From an uncultured Oscillospiraceae bacterium (GTDB lineage: Bacteria; Bacillota; Clostridia; Oscillospirales; Ruminococcaceae), in assembly GCA_964369915.1 (NCBI GenBank), contig CAYJGG010000003.1, positions 1,804-65,803 of the forward strand: DNA of 64,000 nt, given 5' to 3'. Below, piece by piece: positions 8,900 to 18,800 of the stretch. The first letter of the stretch is position 1. The number at the start of each line of letters is the position of its first letter. Position numbers and translations under genes: made by a program. A model generated the notes under the pieces. The model worked only from the letters and a program-made list of their open reading frames with translations, searched no databases and was not told the DNA's origin.

Positions 8900-10563
8900 G
8901 AATTTTGTGTGTTTAATATCATCTCTTTTGCATTTTCAAGTGATGTTGATGTAATATTATCACCAGATATAATTCTTGCTATTTCTTTTTCTTTTTCTTC
9001 ATTCGATAAAGCTTGTATATTTGTGTATGTAGCTTTATCATCGCTTGTTTTTTTAATTAATAAATGATTATCTGAAAATGCAGCTATTTGCGCCGAGTGT
9101 GTCACACAAAAAATTTGTTTTCCTTTAGCTGTTTGCTTTAATAATTTACCTATTTTAAAAGCAGCAGAACCTGACACACCTGAATCTATTTCATCAAAAA
9201 TTAATGTGTCTGTTTTATCTGTATCCGCTAAAACGCTTTTTATAGCTAGCATAATTCTTGATAATTCACCACCAGAAGCTATTTTTGATAAAGGCTTTTC
9301 TATTTCACCTTTATTAGTAATAATTAAAAACTCAATTTCATCTTTACCAATTTTTGAATAGCTTTTATCATTAATTTTTAAAATTAGTTCAACCGATGGC
9401 ATATTTAAAAATTCTAAAGCTGATTTTATTTGCGCATTAAATCTATTAAAAATATCAATTCTATTTTCCGTTAAATCTTCAGCAGCTTTTTTAAGTTTTG
9501 GCAGTATAATTTCTTGATGATTATATAATTTATCTAATTCCTCTTCTAAAAAATTAATTGTTTTTAATTGTTTTTTAGAGGTTTCTAAAGTATTTAAAAT
9601 ATCAGCTACTAAAGGCCCATATTTTCTTTTTAATTTATAATATAAATCTAATCTTTCTTCTATTTCATCTATATCACTAACATCAATATCAAAATCATCT
9701 AAGAAATTTTTAAGCATAAATAATGAATCTTCTGCTAAGTTTTGCGCTTCTAGGAGTTTATTATTTATTTGTTTTAGCTTTTCATCATATTCTTGAGCTA
9801 AAGATAATTCGCTTGTTGCAGAGCTAATTCCAGTCACAGCACCATTAAAGCCTTCTTCTCCTGAAAGTAGAGTATAGGCGCTATTAATATTTTTCATTAT
9901 TTTTTCAGCTTCTAAAATTTTCTTTTTATTAGCTAATAATTCAGTTTCTTCTTCTATTGATAATTCAGCGTCTTCAATTTCTTTAATTTGAAATGATAAT
10001 AACTCTAAATTTTCTTCGCTTTCTTTATCTAAGTTTTCCAATTTTTTTATTTCACTATTAATTTTAGTATACTCTAAAAAATATTTTAAATACTCAGTTT
10101 TTACAATTTCATTTACCCCAAACCCATCTAATATTTCAATATGTTTTGAGGAGTTTAAAAGGCTTTGATTATCGTGCTGACCATGAATAGTTATAGCATC
10201 TGAAAAAATATCTTTTATAACAGATAATGATACAGGCATGTTATTAATTCTAGCACTACTTTTCCCGTCGCTTGTAACCTGCCTTGTTATAATACATTCC
10301 TGTTTAATATCAATTTCAAATTCTTCTGCTTTTTTAATTAAATCTTGATTTATTTCATCAAAAACAGCAGTTATAACAGCTTTATTAGCGCCATTCCTAA
10401 CAATATTTTTAGAAATTCTATCCCCTAGAATTGCATTAATTGAATCAACAACAATAGACTTACCTGCACCAGTTTCCCCAGTTAAACAAGTAAATCCATT
10501 AGTAAAATTTATATTTGCTTTTTCTATTACCGCAACATTTTCTATAATTAATTCACAAAGCAT
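8896..10563 (-). CDS. recN: DNA repair protein RecN
   Basis: 555 aa. Walker A GETGAGKS, long coiled-coil middle, C-terminal SMC-type signature region. argR-recN synteny. Confidence 0.93.
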   Translation of the reverse strand: MLCELIIENVAVIEKANINFTNGFTCLTGETGAGKSIVVDSINAILGDRISKNIVRNGANKAVITAVFDEINQDLIKKAEEFEIDIKQECIITRQVTSDGKSSARINNMPVSLSVIKDIFSDAITIHGQHDNQSLLNSSKHIEILDGFGVNEIVKTEYLKYFLEYTKINSEIKKLENLDKESEENLELLSFQIKEIEDAELSIEEETELLANKKKILEAEKIMKNINSAYTLLSGEEGFNGAVTGISSATSELSLAQEYDEKLKQINNKLLEAQNLAEDSLFMLKNFLDDFDIDVSDIDEIEERLDLYYKLKRKYGPLVADILNTLETSKKQLKTINFLEEELDKLYNHQEIILPKLKKAAEDLTENRIDIFNRFNAQIKSALEFLNMPSVELILKINDKSYSKIGKDEIEFLIITNKGEIEKPLSKIASGGELSRIMLAIKSVLADTDKTDTLIFDEIDSGVSGSAAFKIGKLLKQTAKGKQIFCVTHSAQIAAFSDNHLLIKKTSDDKATYTNIQALSNEEKEKEIARIISGDNITSTSLENAKEMILNTQNS

Positions 10564-10585
10564 ATTAAGTGTAATTAGCCTCCTA

Positions 10586-11041
10586 TTACTTTATGTATTG
10601 TTTTAATTTTTTACATAATTCTTCAGCTTGATTTTCAGTTCTAACTAAAACAAAGATTGTGTTTTCACCAGCTAAAGTACCAACAACGCCATCCCAATTT
10701 AAACTATCAAACACTTCACAAGCCGCTTGAGCCATAGCTGTTTGGCATTTTATAACTATTGTGTTTCCTGCATAGTCTACTGAAGAAATAGATTCAGAAA
10801 ATATATAATCAAATCTATTAAAAGTAGCCTTTGTGTCTTGCACAATAGTATTTTGAGCATATTTATATTCCCCATTAGATGCAACTATTTTAACGAGATT
10901 TAATTCTTTAATATCTCTTGAAATAGTTGCCTGAGTCACATCATAATTTTCATTTTTTAATAGCTCTAGTAAAATTTCTTGCCTATCAATATTTTGCTCT
11001 TGAATTAACGATAAAATCTTTTTATGTCTTGCTCTTTTCAT
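10586..11041 (-). CDS. argR: Arginine repressor ArgR/AhrC
   Basis: 151 aa. N-terminal winged-helix region (ATISRDIKEL), C-terminal oligomerisation/arginine-binding motif GTLAGENTIFV. Confidence 0.9.
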   Translation of the reverse strand: MKRARHKKILSLIQEQNIDRQEILLELLKNENYDVTQATISRDIKELNLVKIVASNGEYKYAQNTIVQDTKATFNRFDYIFSESISSVDYAGNTIVIKCQTAMAQAACEVFDSLNWDGVVGTLAGENTIFVLVRTENQAEELCKKLKQYIK

Positions 11042-11083
11042 CTTTTTAAATCCTTTCGAAAATTTATATTTACTAAAATGTTT

Positions 11084-11920
11084 TTATCTCATTTTTAATT
11101 TATTATCTAAGGTTTTTAATTGCTCTATCTCATTTATAGAATAAACCTCTAATATTTCATCTGCAATTTCAATTGTTATAATATCTTCTTCTTTTATTTT
11201 TGTATGGTTTGCACCATCAAAAGAAACATAAGCTTCCTGATCATTTAGCCCTTTTACAACAACTTTTACCTCTTTATCCCCTGCTAAAACCATTGGTACA
11301 CTGTTTAAATTGTGTGGAGCGACAAACGATAATATAATTGCTCTTAAATCAACATCAACTACAGGGCCACCTAATGAAAGCGAATATGCAGTTGAGCCTG
11401 TTGGAGTTGCAACAACAACACCATCACCTTGAAAACTAGATAAGTGATTTTCATTAATAATTAAATCTAATATTATGGTGTTTATAAAGATATTTTTTAA
11501 AATCGCAACATCATTTAAGCAATTTATCCATTCACCATCATTAATTTTTGCTTTTAAAAGATTATGTTTATTAACTCTAAAGTAATCATTATTTAATAAA
11601 TTAGATAATTTATTAATTTCGTGTGATTCAATAGTTGTTAAAAACCCAAGGTTTCCGCTATTTACTCCTAGAATTGGCTTTGAATATTTTGCACATAATG
11701 TTCCAACTGATAAAATTGTGCCATCTCCACCAATAGTAATAACTAAATCTGCCCATTTAATTCCATCTTCAATATCTTTAGTTTTGATATCTTGTAAATT
11801 AAAATTTATTTCATTGCTAATAGAAATATCGCAGTTTAAATTCTGCAATTCGTTTATAACGTTTTTTAGGGCAATATCATAATTATTCTTTGAAGTATTA
11901 ACTTTTATAAAAACTCTCAT
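11084..11920 (-). CDS. nadK: NAD(+) kinase
   Basis: 278 aa. GGDGT motif (TIGGDGTILS) and the conserved ATPTGSTAYSLSLGGP region. Confidence 0.92.
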   Translation of the reverse strand: MRVFIKVNTSKNNYDIALKNVINELQNLNCDISISNEINFNLQDIKTKDIEDGIKWADLVITIGGDGTILSVGTLCAKYSKPILGVNSGNLGFLTTIESHEINKLSNLLNNDYFRVNKHNLLKAKINDGEWINCLNDVAILKNIFINTIILDLIINENHLSSFQGDGVVVATPTGSTAYSLSLGGPVVDVDLRAIILSFVAPHNLNSVPMVLAGDKEVKVVVKGLNDQEAYVSFDGANHTKIKEEDIITIEIADEILEVYSINEIEQLKTLDNKLKMR

Positions 11921-11928
11921 TTTTATTT

Positions 11929-12732
11929 TTACTCTCCTAAAAATTCTTTTGATTTCAAAACCACTTTTTCAATTTCTTCTAATGTAATTTTTTCATCTTC
12001 TTCTTTTTTAGACACTACTGCTAAAAATTCAATATTTCCCTCTGGTCCTTTAATTGGAGAAAAAGTTAATTCTTTTATAAAAAATCCATTTTGTTTTGCA
12101 AACTGCATTACATTTATAATAACTTCTTTGTGTACTAATGAATCTCTAACAACACCTTTTTTTCCAACTTTTTCTCTACCAGCCTCAAATTGAGGTTTAA
12201 TTAAACACACTCCTAAAACATCTTCTTTTGATATTTTATATGCGACTGGAAATATATGCTTTAATGATATAAACGAAACATCAACAGAGAAAAAATCAAT
12301 TTTTTCTTTTATTAATTCTTCATCAACATTTCTAATATTAGTTTTTTCTAAATTTATTACTCTTTCATCAGTTCTAAGTTTCCAAGCAAGTTGTCCATAT
12401 CCAACATCAACCGAATAAACTTTACTTGCTCCATTTTGAAGCATACAATCTGTAAAACCGCCAGTTGAAGCGCCTATGTCCATACAAATTTTTTCATTTA
12501 AATTAAATTGATATTCGTTTATAGCTTTTTCAAGTTTTAATCCACCACGGCTAACATATTTTAAATCTTTACCGCGCACTTCAACCTTATCAGTTTCTTT
12601 AATCATAGTCCCTGATTTATCTACTTTTTGATTATTAACATAAACAATACCAGACATTATTAAAGCTTGTGCTCTTTGTCTTGATTCGGCATAACCTTCA
12701 TTAAAAACATATTGATCTAATCTAATTTTCAT
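11929..12732 (-). CDS. tlyA: TlyA-family rRNA 2'-O-methyltransferase (hemolysin A-like)
   Basis: 267 aa. N-terminal S4 RNA-binding domain and FtsJ-like SAM motif DIGASTGGFTD. Confidence 0.9.
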   Translation of the reverse strand: MKIRLDQYVFNEGYAESRQRAQALIMSGIVYVNNQKVDKSGTMIKETDKVEVRGKDLKYVSRGGLKLEKAINEYQFNLNEKICMDIGASTGGFTDCMLQNGASKVYSVDVGYGQLAWKLRTDERVINLEKTNIRNVDEELIKEKIDFFSVDVSFISLKHIFPVAYKISKEDVLGVCLIKPQFEAGREKVGKKGVVRDSLVHKEVIINVMQFAKQNGFFIKELTFSPIKGPEGNIEFLAVVSKKEEDEKITLEEIEKVVLKSKEFLGE

Positions 12733-14590
12733 TTAGTTTCCCTTTTATATCTTCTACTATTGACTCAGAATCTAATTTGCAAATTTTCATTAATTCATCA
12801 AGACTTGCATGAGTTAACAAATTATTATCAATACAATGAGAATAAAATCTTCCTTTGAAATTTTTATTTAATAGTTTATTTGCAAGATTTTGAGTTACAC
12901 TTCCATTTTCAACTTGCTCTTCATAAATAAAAATGTTTTTATACTTTAGTAAATCATTTAATAAATCTTCTGAAAGTGGATTAATTATATTTAATTTACA
13001 AATATCAATTTTAATATTTTCTAAAGATAAATCTTCACTTGCTTTTACAATGTTTGCAAAATGACGTCCATAACAGACTACAACTGTTTTGCTTTTATTT
13101 GAAATAATGTCGTATTCATTTTTTGTGCAAATATAATTTTGTGTAATTGAATTTTGACCACCTCTTGGATATCTAATAACTTTTGCCCCTTTAACGTTAT
13201 TTATTAAATATTCAAGCCAATAATTTAATTCATTATAATTTGAAGGTGATGCAATAATTGTTTCTTTAAAGTTTGCAAATATTGATAAATCATATACACC
13301 TTGATGTGTTTCGCCATCACCAGGCACAAGGCCTGCTCTATCTATTGCAAATAAAACATCTGATTTCATCAGCATAACATCATGTAAATATTGGTCTAAT
13401 GCTCTTTGCATAAAAGTTGAATACAAACAGACTACTGGCTTTAATCCATTAACAGCAAGTGCAGATGCAAATGTTACTGCATGTTCTTCTGCCATACCAA
13501 CATCAAAAAACCTATTTTTATGTTTTTTATAAAAAAAGTTTAGTCCTGTTCCATATTTCATTGCGGCTGTAATAGCGCAAATTCTTTTGTTTTTATCAGA
13601 TATTTCAGCTAATTTTTCACCAAAAACATTTGAGTATGAGTCGCTTGGAGCAATATCAGGATCTTCTAAATTATCAACATCAAAAGCAGATACGCCATGA
13701 AATGCGCCTGGATTAATTTCAGCAGGTGTAAAGCCTTTTCCCTTGACAGTTAATGCATGGATTATCACGGCTTTTTTTGATCTTTTAGCAGCATTAAACG
13801 CTTTACATATCTCTTGTATATCATTCCCATCTTCAACTAAGTGATATGTAAGTCCCATATCTTCAAAAAAAGTTGAGTTATATAATGCTCTTCTTAAAAT
13901 TGATTTTGAAGAAACCATTATTTCACTAACACCTCTGCCTACAACAGGTATTTTTTCTAAAGTTTTTTCAACTTTTTCTTTTACATCAAGATAATCTTTA
14001 CTCGCACGAAGGCCAGAAAGATATTTGCTCATAGCTCCAACATTTTTTGATATAGACATTTTATTATCATTTAAAACAATAATTAAATTATCTAATTTCT
14101 CATCAATATTATTTAATCCTTCATATATCATTCCACCAGTGAAAGCTCCATCGCCAACAATAGCAACAACATATCCATCTTCATTTTTTAGTTTTTTAGC
14201 TTTTGCAAATCCAATAGCAACAGATAAAGATGTACTTCCATGACCTGATATAAAACAATCTGCTTTATCTTCATTTGGAGCTGGAAACCCTGATACACCA
14301 TTTAATTTTCTTAAAGAAGAGAATTTATCTTTTCTCCCTGTTAGAATTTTATGTGTGTAGCACTGATGTCCAACATCAAAGACAATCTTATCATTTGGAA
14401 CCATAAAGCATTTATGTATACCAACTCCAATTTCAACCGTACCTAAATTTGCCGACAAATGTCCGCCTGTTTTTGAAACTTCTGTTATCAAGAAATTTCT
14501 TATATCACTGCAAAGCTGTTCTAATCTTTTTTCATCTAATTTAGAAACATCTTTACTACTTTTTATATTATCTAAAACTTTATATTTCAT
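12722..14590 (-). CDS. dxs: 1-deoxy-D-xylulose-5-phosphate synthase
   Basis: GHGSTS motif and TPP-binding GDGAFTGGM...NDN. I prefer the ATG at 14590 because GGAGA lies 6 nt upstream. The ORF track's upstream ATG at 14608 overlaps the preceding stop as TAATG and has no SD. Confidence 0.94.
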   Translation of the reverse strand: MKYKVLDNIKSSKDVSKLDEKRLEQLCSDIRNFLITEVSKTGGHLSANLGTVEIGVGIHKCFMVPNDKIVFDVGHQCYTHKILTGRKDKFSSLRKLNGVSGFPAPNEDKADCFISGHGSTSLSVAIGFAKAKKLKNEDGYVVAIVGDGAFTGGMIYEGLNNIDEKLDNLIIVLNDNKMSISKNVGAMSKYLSGLRASKDYLDVKEKVEKTLEKIPVVGRGVSEIMVSSKSILRRALYNSTFFEDMGLTYHLVEDGNDIQEICKAFNAAKRSKKAVIIHALTVKGKGFTPAEINPGAFHGVSAFDVDNLEDPDIAPSDSYSNVFGEKLAEISDKNKRICAITAAMKYGTGLNFFYKKHKNRFFDVGMAEEHAVTFASALAVNGLKPVVCLYSTFMQRALDQYLHDVMLMKSDVLFAIDRAGLVPGDGETHQGVYDLSIFANFKETIIASPSNYNELNYWLEYLINNVKGAKVIRYPRGGQNSITQNYICTKNEYDIISNKSKTVVVCYGRHFANIVKASEDLSLENIKIDICKLNIINPLSEDLLNDLLKYKNIFIYEEQVENGSVTQNLANKLLNKNFKGRFYSHCIDNNLLTHASLDELMKICKLDSESIVEDIKGKLNEN

Positions 14591-14607
14591 AAATTTCTCC
14601 AAGTGCA

Positions 14608-15063
14608 TTAAACTAAAACACCGATTATTGTGCCAACTATCGCTCCACCTAATACTTCAAAAGGTGTATGTCCTAACAGTTCTTTTAGCTTTTTATTGCT
14701 TTCTAAATGTAGATTTTCATTTATTTTATCTATCCACTCTTCAACTAATTTATTTAATATTTTAGCTTGCTGTCCTGCCGCATGCCTTACATTCATTGCA
14801 TCATACATTACAACGCTAGCTAGCGCTGCACTAATTGCGAATTCTGGCGACTCAAATCCACACACTCTTAGTGTAGTAATACTTAAAGCGCAAACTACAG
14901 CAGAATGAGAGCTTGGCATACCACCAGAGCCTATTAATCTTTCAGATTCCCATTTTTTGTTTATAGCATAGTTAATAATAGTTTTTAAAACTTGGGCTGT
15001 TAGCCATGCTATTGCAACAGAATTTAATATTCTATTTGAAAACAAAATTTCAAACATTTCCAT
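14608..15063 (-). CDS. Divergent PAP2-family membrane protein (DUF212 / YuiD-like)
   Basis: 151 aa with several hydrophobic segments and the signature GGMPSSHSA. Sits between ispA and dxs. Confidence 0.8.
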   Translation of the reverse strand: MEMFEILFSNRILNSVAIAWLTAQVLKTIINYAINKKWESERLIGSGGMPSSHSAVVCALSITTLRVCGFESPEFAISAALASVVMYDAMNVRHAAGQQAKILNKLVEEWIDKINENLHLESNKKLKELLGHTPFEVLGGAIVGTIIGVLV

Positions 15064-15083
15064 TTTTAATTTCCTTATTTCTC

Positions 15084-15962
15084 TTATTTTTTTCGATTTA
15101 ATAAAAACCGTGTGTATTCTATTAATCTATCAGATTTTTCAAAAAATTCTTCTTTTAAACCACTTATTGCCTCGTTAGTTAACTTTTCAGCTATTTCTTT
15201 AGCTTTATTTAACCCATATAAAGTAATAAACGTTGATTTTTCATTTTCTAAATCACTTCCGGCTGGCTTTCCAAGTTCTTCACTTGAAACAGTAACATCT
15301 AAAATATCATCAACAATTTGAAACACTAATCCTATATTTTTAAAAAATAAATCTAAAACTTCTTTTTGATTTTCATTATTTATAAAAGAGCAAACACTTT
15401 CAGCTGAAAAAGAAATTAATCTTCCTGTTTTATTGCGATGTATTTTATTTAAAGTTTCTTTATCTGCTTTGATCTCTTCATATTTTAAATCTAATTCTTG
15501 ACCATATATCATTCCTTTTGGCCCTATATTTTTATATAAAGATTTTAAAATGCTAACCTTTTCTTTTTCAGTTAAATCTTTTGAATTTAATATAACTTCA
15601 CCAGCTACTGAAATCAAAGAATCGCCAGCGAGTAGTGCTGTATCTTCTGAAAAAGCTATATGGCAAGAAGGTTTTCCCCTTCTTAAATCATCATTATCCA
15701 TACAAGGTAAATCATCATGGATCAAGGAATAGCAATGTACCATTTCAACAGCACTAGCAATCGGGATTAACTTTTTAATATCAATATTTAATAATTCACC
15801 AGTTAAAAAAACTAAAATTGCCCTTGTTCTTTTTCCGCCATCTAATAAAGAATATTTTACAGCTTTTAAAGTTTCGCTATCGCTATTATAAAATTCATTA
15901 ATATAATCTTCAAGTGATTTTTCGAGTATATTAATATACTCATTTAATTCTAATTTACTCAT
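15084..15962 (-). CDS. ispA: Farnesyl/geranylgeranyl diphosphate synthase
   Basis: 292 aa. First and second Asp-rich motifs DDLPCMDNDDLRRG and DDILD. Overlaps xseB by 8 nt. Confidence 0.93.
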   Translation of the reverse strand: MSKLELNEYINILEKSLEDYINEFYNSDSETLKAVKYSLLDGGKRTRAILVFLTGELLNIDIKKLIPIASAVEMVHCYSLIHDDLPCMDNDDLRRGKPSCHIAFSEDTALLAGDSLISVAGEVILNSKDLTEKEKVSILKSLYKNIGPKGMIYGQELDLKYEEIKADKETLNKIHRNKTGRLISFSAESVCSFINNENQKEVLDLFFKNIGLVFQIVDDILDVTVSSEELGKPAGSDLENEKSTFITLYGLNKAKEIAEKLTNEAISGLKEEFFEKSDRLIEYTRFLLNRKK

Positions 15963-16149
15963 TTATTATATCCACATTAATATTATTTATTAATTTATCC
16001 ACTTCACTTAATTTTTCATTACAAAATGCAATCAATTTAACACCTTCAGAATATAAAGCAATCCCATCTTCAAGTTTTAAAGACGTCGACGCTAATTCTT
16101 TAGCTATTAAATCTAATCTTTGCATTGCCTCTTCAAAAGAATAATTCAT
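15955..16149 (-). CDS. xseB: Exodeoxyribonuclease VII small subunit
   Basis: 64-aa helical protein immediately downstream of xseA. N-terminus (FEEAMQRLDLI) is typical of XseB. Confidence 0.87.
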   Translation of the reverse strand: MNYSFEEAMQRLDLIAKELASTSLKLEDGIALYSEGVKLIAFCNEKLSEVDKLINNINVDIINE

Positions 16150-16164
16150 TATATCTCCTTTTTA

Positions 16165-17376
16165 TTATCTATCTTTTTTAGCTTTTATTTTTTTAATATC
16201 ACAATATATATCGCTATTTTCAGTTAAGATTTTTATTTCATCTCCAACTGCTAATTTTTTATTTTTTATTAAATCATCTTCTTTGTAAACCAAATTATAT
16301 CCTTTTTTTAATAAATTCAAAGGATTTAATTCGTCTAGCATTTTATGATTAAATACTAGATTTGATTTTAAATTATCAATTTTAATTTTAAAGTTTTGAT
16401 TTAAAGAAGTTTCTAAGTTGTTTAATTTTTCTGTATGAATAGCTTTAAAATTTTTAAATTTATAAAATCCATCTGATGATTTCATTAATTCTAAATTTCT
16501 ATTTAATTCAAAAGTTTTTGATGTTAATTTATCTTTAAAATATTCTTCATATGAAAGTAAATTCATCACTAAACTTTCCCTATCAGGAAAAGCAAGTTCA
16601 GCAGCAGCACTCGGAGTTGCGGCTCTTACATCACAAACGAAATCTAATATTGTAAAATCAATTTCATGGCCTATTGCACTGATTGTAGGCTTTTTGCAAT
16701 TAAAAGCGGCTCTTGCGATCTCTTCGCTATTATAAATCCACAAATCATCAGCACTACCGCCACCACGAGTTATAATAATTAAATCTAATTCTTCTATATC
16801 ATCAAGCGCTTTTATAGCTTTAATTATAGATTTTTCTGCCTCTTTTTCTCCTTGCACTAAGCAATTAGCTAAATATATTTTAGCACATGGAAATCTTCTA
16901 TTCATAACGCTTACAATATCTTTTATTGCAGCTCCTGTTTCACTAGTTGCAACACCTATTTTAAAAGGATACTGCGGTAAAGGTTTTTTATTTTTTTCAT
17001 CAAATAAACCTTCTTTTTCTAATTTTTGTTTTAGCTGTTCAAAAGCGATTTGTCTAGCACCAATACCAGCTGGAAACATATCAGTTACATAAAATTGATA
17101 CGAGCCATTAGCCTCATAAATACTAACTTTACCCCTAACTAAAACTTTCATTCCATCTTCAGGCATAAAATTTATTTTAATATTATTAAATTTAAACATA
17201 ACAGCATTAATTGCTGCTTTTTCATCTTTTAGAGAAAAATAAAAATGCCCAGAAGTATAATGATTTTTAAAATTTGATATCTCTGCCTCAACAGTTATAT
17301 CCTTTAAAAATTTATCATTCTCTAAAATATTTTTTGCATATAAATTTAAAGCCGAAACACTTAAAATATTATCCAT
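16165..17376 (-). CDS. xseA: Exodeoxyribonuclease VII large subunit
   Basis: 403 aa. N-terminal OB-fold region followed by the catalytic domain (RGGGS motif ITRGGGSADDLW). xseA-xseB pairing. Confidence 0.92.
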   Translation of the reverse strand: MDNILSVSALNLYAKNILENDKFLKDITVEAEISNFKNHYTSGHFYFSLKDEKAAINAVMFKFNNIKINFMPEDGMKVLVRGKVSIYEANGSYQFYVTDMFPAGIGARQIAFEQLKQKLEKEGLFDEKNKKPLPQYPFKIGVATSETGAAIKDIVSVMNRRFPCAKIYLANCLVQGEKEAEKSIIKAIKALDDIEELDLIIITRGGGSADDLWIYNSEEIARAAFNCKKPTISAIGHEIDFTILDFVCDVRAATPSAAAELAFPDRESLVMNLLSYEEYFKDKLTSKTFELNRNLELMKSSDGFYKFKNFKAIHTEKLNNLETSLNQNFKIKIDNLKSNLVFNHKMLDELNPLNLLKKGYNLVYKEDDLIKNKKLAVGDEIKILTENSDIYCDIKKIKAKKDR

Positions 17377-18298
17377 TTATTATCCTTTTATAGCTTTTAA
17401 CAGCAGCGCCAACTGCATTATCACCCGATAAATATTCTTCACAAAAATATATATCATTTAACTCTTTTTGCATAATTTGCCTTATCACATTAGAAGACAT
17501 AACTCCCCCAGCTGCAACTATATTTAAATTCCCATAATCATTTCTTACATTATTTAGAATTAAAGTTAAACTTTTTGCAATAAAACTTAAATTGTATTTT
17601 GCAATATAGCTTTTATCTATATTATCATTTATCATTTTATCGCATTGATTTTCAAGCCCTGAGAGATTACAATTATATCCCTTAACACTAACTTTCACTT
17701 TTATATCTTCATTGCATTCACTAGCTAATTTAGAAACATATTTACCAGCTGGAAATTCAAAACCTAGCTTTACGCCTAATCTATCAATAGCTTGTCCTGC
17801 GTATAAATCGTTCGAAGTTCCTATTGTTTTTATTATTTTTTCATTTTCTATTAATAAAATATCTGTTGTACCGCCTGAAATATGTAGCATAATAAATTTT
17901 TCGTTTTTAAATCTATTATCATTTAAACTAAATAAACAGCTTTGAATATGACATTCTTGATGTGAAAGTTCGGTTACTGGAATATTATTAGTTAAAGAAA
18001 TAGCATAAGCTGCCATTTTACCTACTAAAAAACAAGGCATGTATGAATTTTCTTCATTTTTAGGCTTTGTTGTAACGCCAATTCCTTTAATATCAAAAAA
18101 ATTAAAATCCATATTTTCTTTTATGATATCAGTTAAAGATTTTATATGGTTAAAAACAGCTTCTTGCTGTCTTAACCCCATTTCACCTTTTTTAACTGGT
18201 AAAAATATTTTTTTGTGCAATAAAACTTTATGGTTTTCATTATCTACAACGCTTAAAGAAGTCGCATAATTACTAGTGTCTATGCCTAAAGTTTTCAT
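17369..18298 (-). CDS. TsaD/Kae1-like ASKHA-fold protein (peptidase M22 / glycoprotease family paralogue), function unknown
   Basis: 309 aa. N-terminal GIDTS phosphate-1 motif, HxxxH metal motif (HQECH), C-terminal AAGGVMSSN and GDNAVG resembling TsaD GGVAAN and DNAAM. Overlaps the xseA start by 8 nt. Confidence 0.7.
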   Translation of the reverse strand: MKTLGIDTSNYATSLSVVDNENHKVLLHKKIFLPVKKGEMGLRQQEAVFNHIKSLTDIIKENMDFNFFDIKGIGVTTKPKNEENSYMPCFLVGKMAAYAISLTNNIPVTELSHQECHIQSCLFSLNDNRFKNEKFIMLHISGGTTDILLIENEKIIKTIGTSNDLYAGQAIDRLGVKLGFEFPAGKYVSKLASECNEDIKVKVSVKGYNCNLSGLENQCDKMINDNIDKSYIAKYNLSFIAKSLTLILNNVRNDYGNLNIVAAGGVMSSNVIRQIMQKELNDIYFCEEYLSGDNAVGAAVKSYKRIING

Positions 18299-18300
18299 AA

Positions 18301-18717
18301 TTATTCTTTACCACGAATTTCTTTTGAAACACTACCTAAAATTCCATTTACAAATTGATAATCTTTTTCACCAGCAAATTTTTTAGCAATTTCAACAGCT
18401 TCATTTATAACAATGCTATCCATATCTTCTTCTGTGAACATCATTTCTGCAACACTCAATCTTAAAATTGAACTAGAAACTCTGGAAACTCTTTCTTGTT
18501 TCCAGTTTTTTAATTTTGATTGAATCATATCGTTAACTGCATCAGCATTTTTATAATATAAATTCATTAATGAAATTGCAAAATCATCTAAACGATATTC
18601 TTCGTATTCCGGCAACTCTTGAGTTACTGCTAATATATCATCTAAATCATTAGCTGAAAAGCTAGCCTCAAAAACAGCAATAAAAGCATTTTCTCTTGAT
18701 TTTCTTCTTGTACTCAT
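18301..18717 (-). CDS. nusB: Transcription antitermination factor NusB
   Basis: 138-aa all-helical protein. R-rich N-terminus (RRKSRENAF) and conserved asp23-nusB synteny. Confidence 0.9.
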   Translation of the reverse strand: MSTRRKSRENAFIAVFEASFSANDLDDILAVTQELPEYEEYRLDDFAISLMNLYYKNADAVNDMIQSKLKNWKQERVSRVSSSILRLSVAEMMFTEEDMDSIVINEAVEIAKKFAGEKDYQFVNGILGSVSKEIRGKE

Positions 18718-18759
18718 AATTTATTCTTCCCTTATATTTAGTATTCTTTTATTATCTAT

Positions 18760-18795
18760 CACTAAAATCACCCTCCAAGATAATCAAGGAGGGTT
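18760..18795 (-). terminator. Weak intrinsic terminator/attenuator between asp23 and nusB
   Basis: Stem ACCCUCC/GGAGGGU, 11-nt loop, tail GAUUUUAG on the minus strand. Confidence 0.45.
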
Positions 18796-18800
18796 TTTAA

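Noticed and set aside
8852-9067. 71-aa plus-strand ORF spanning the recN 3' end and the tyrS promoter
   Set aside because: It overlaps the recN coding sequence and the T-box promoter on the opposite strand. It has no SD and a hydrophobic junk-like translation.
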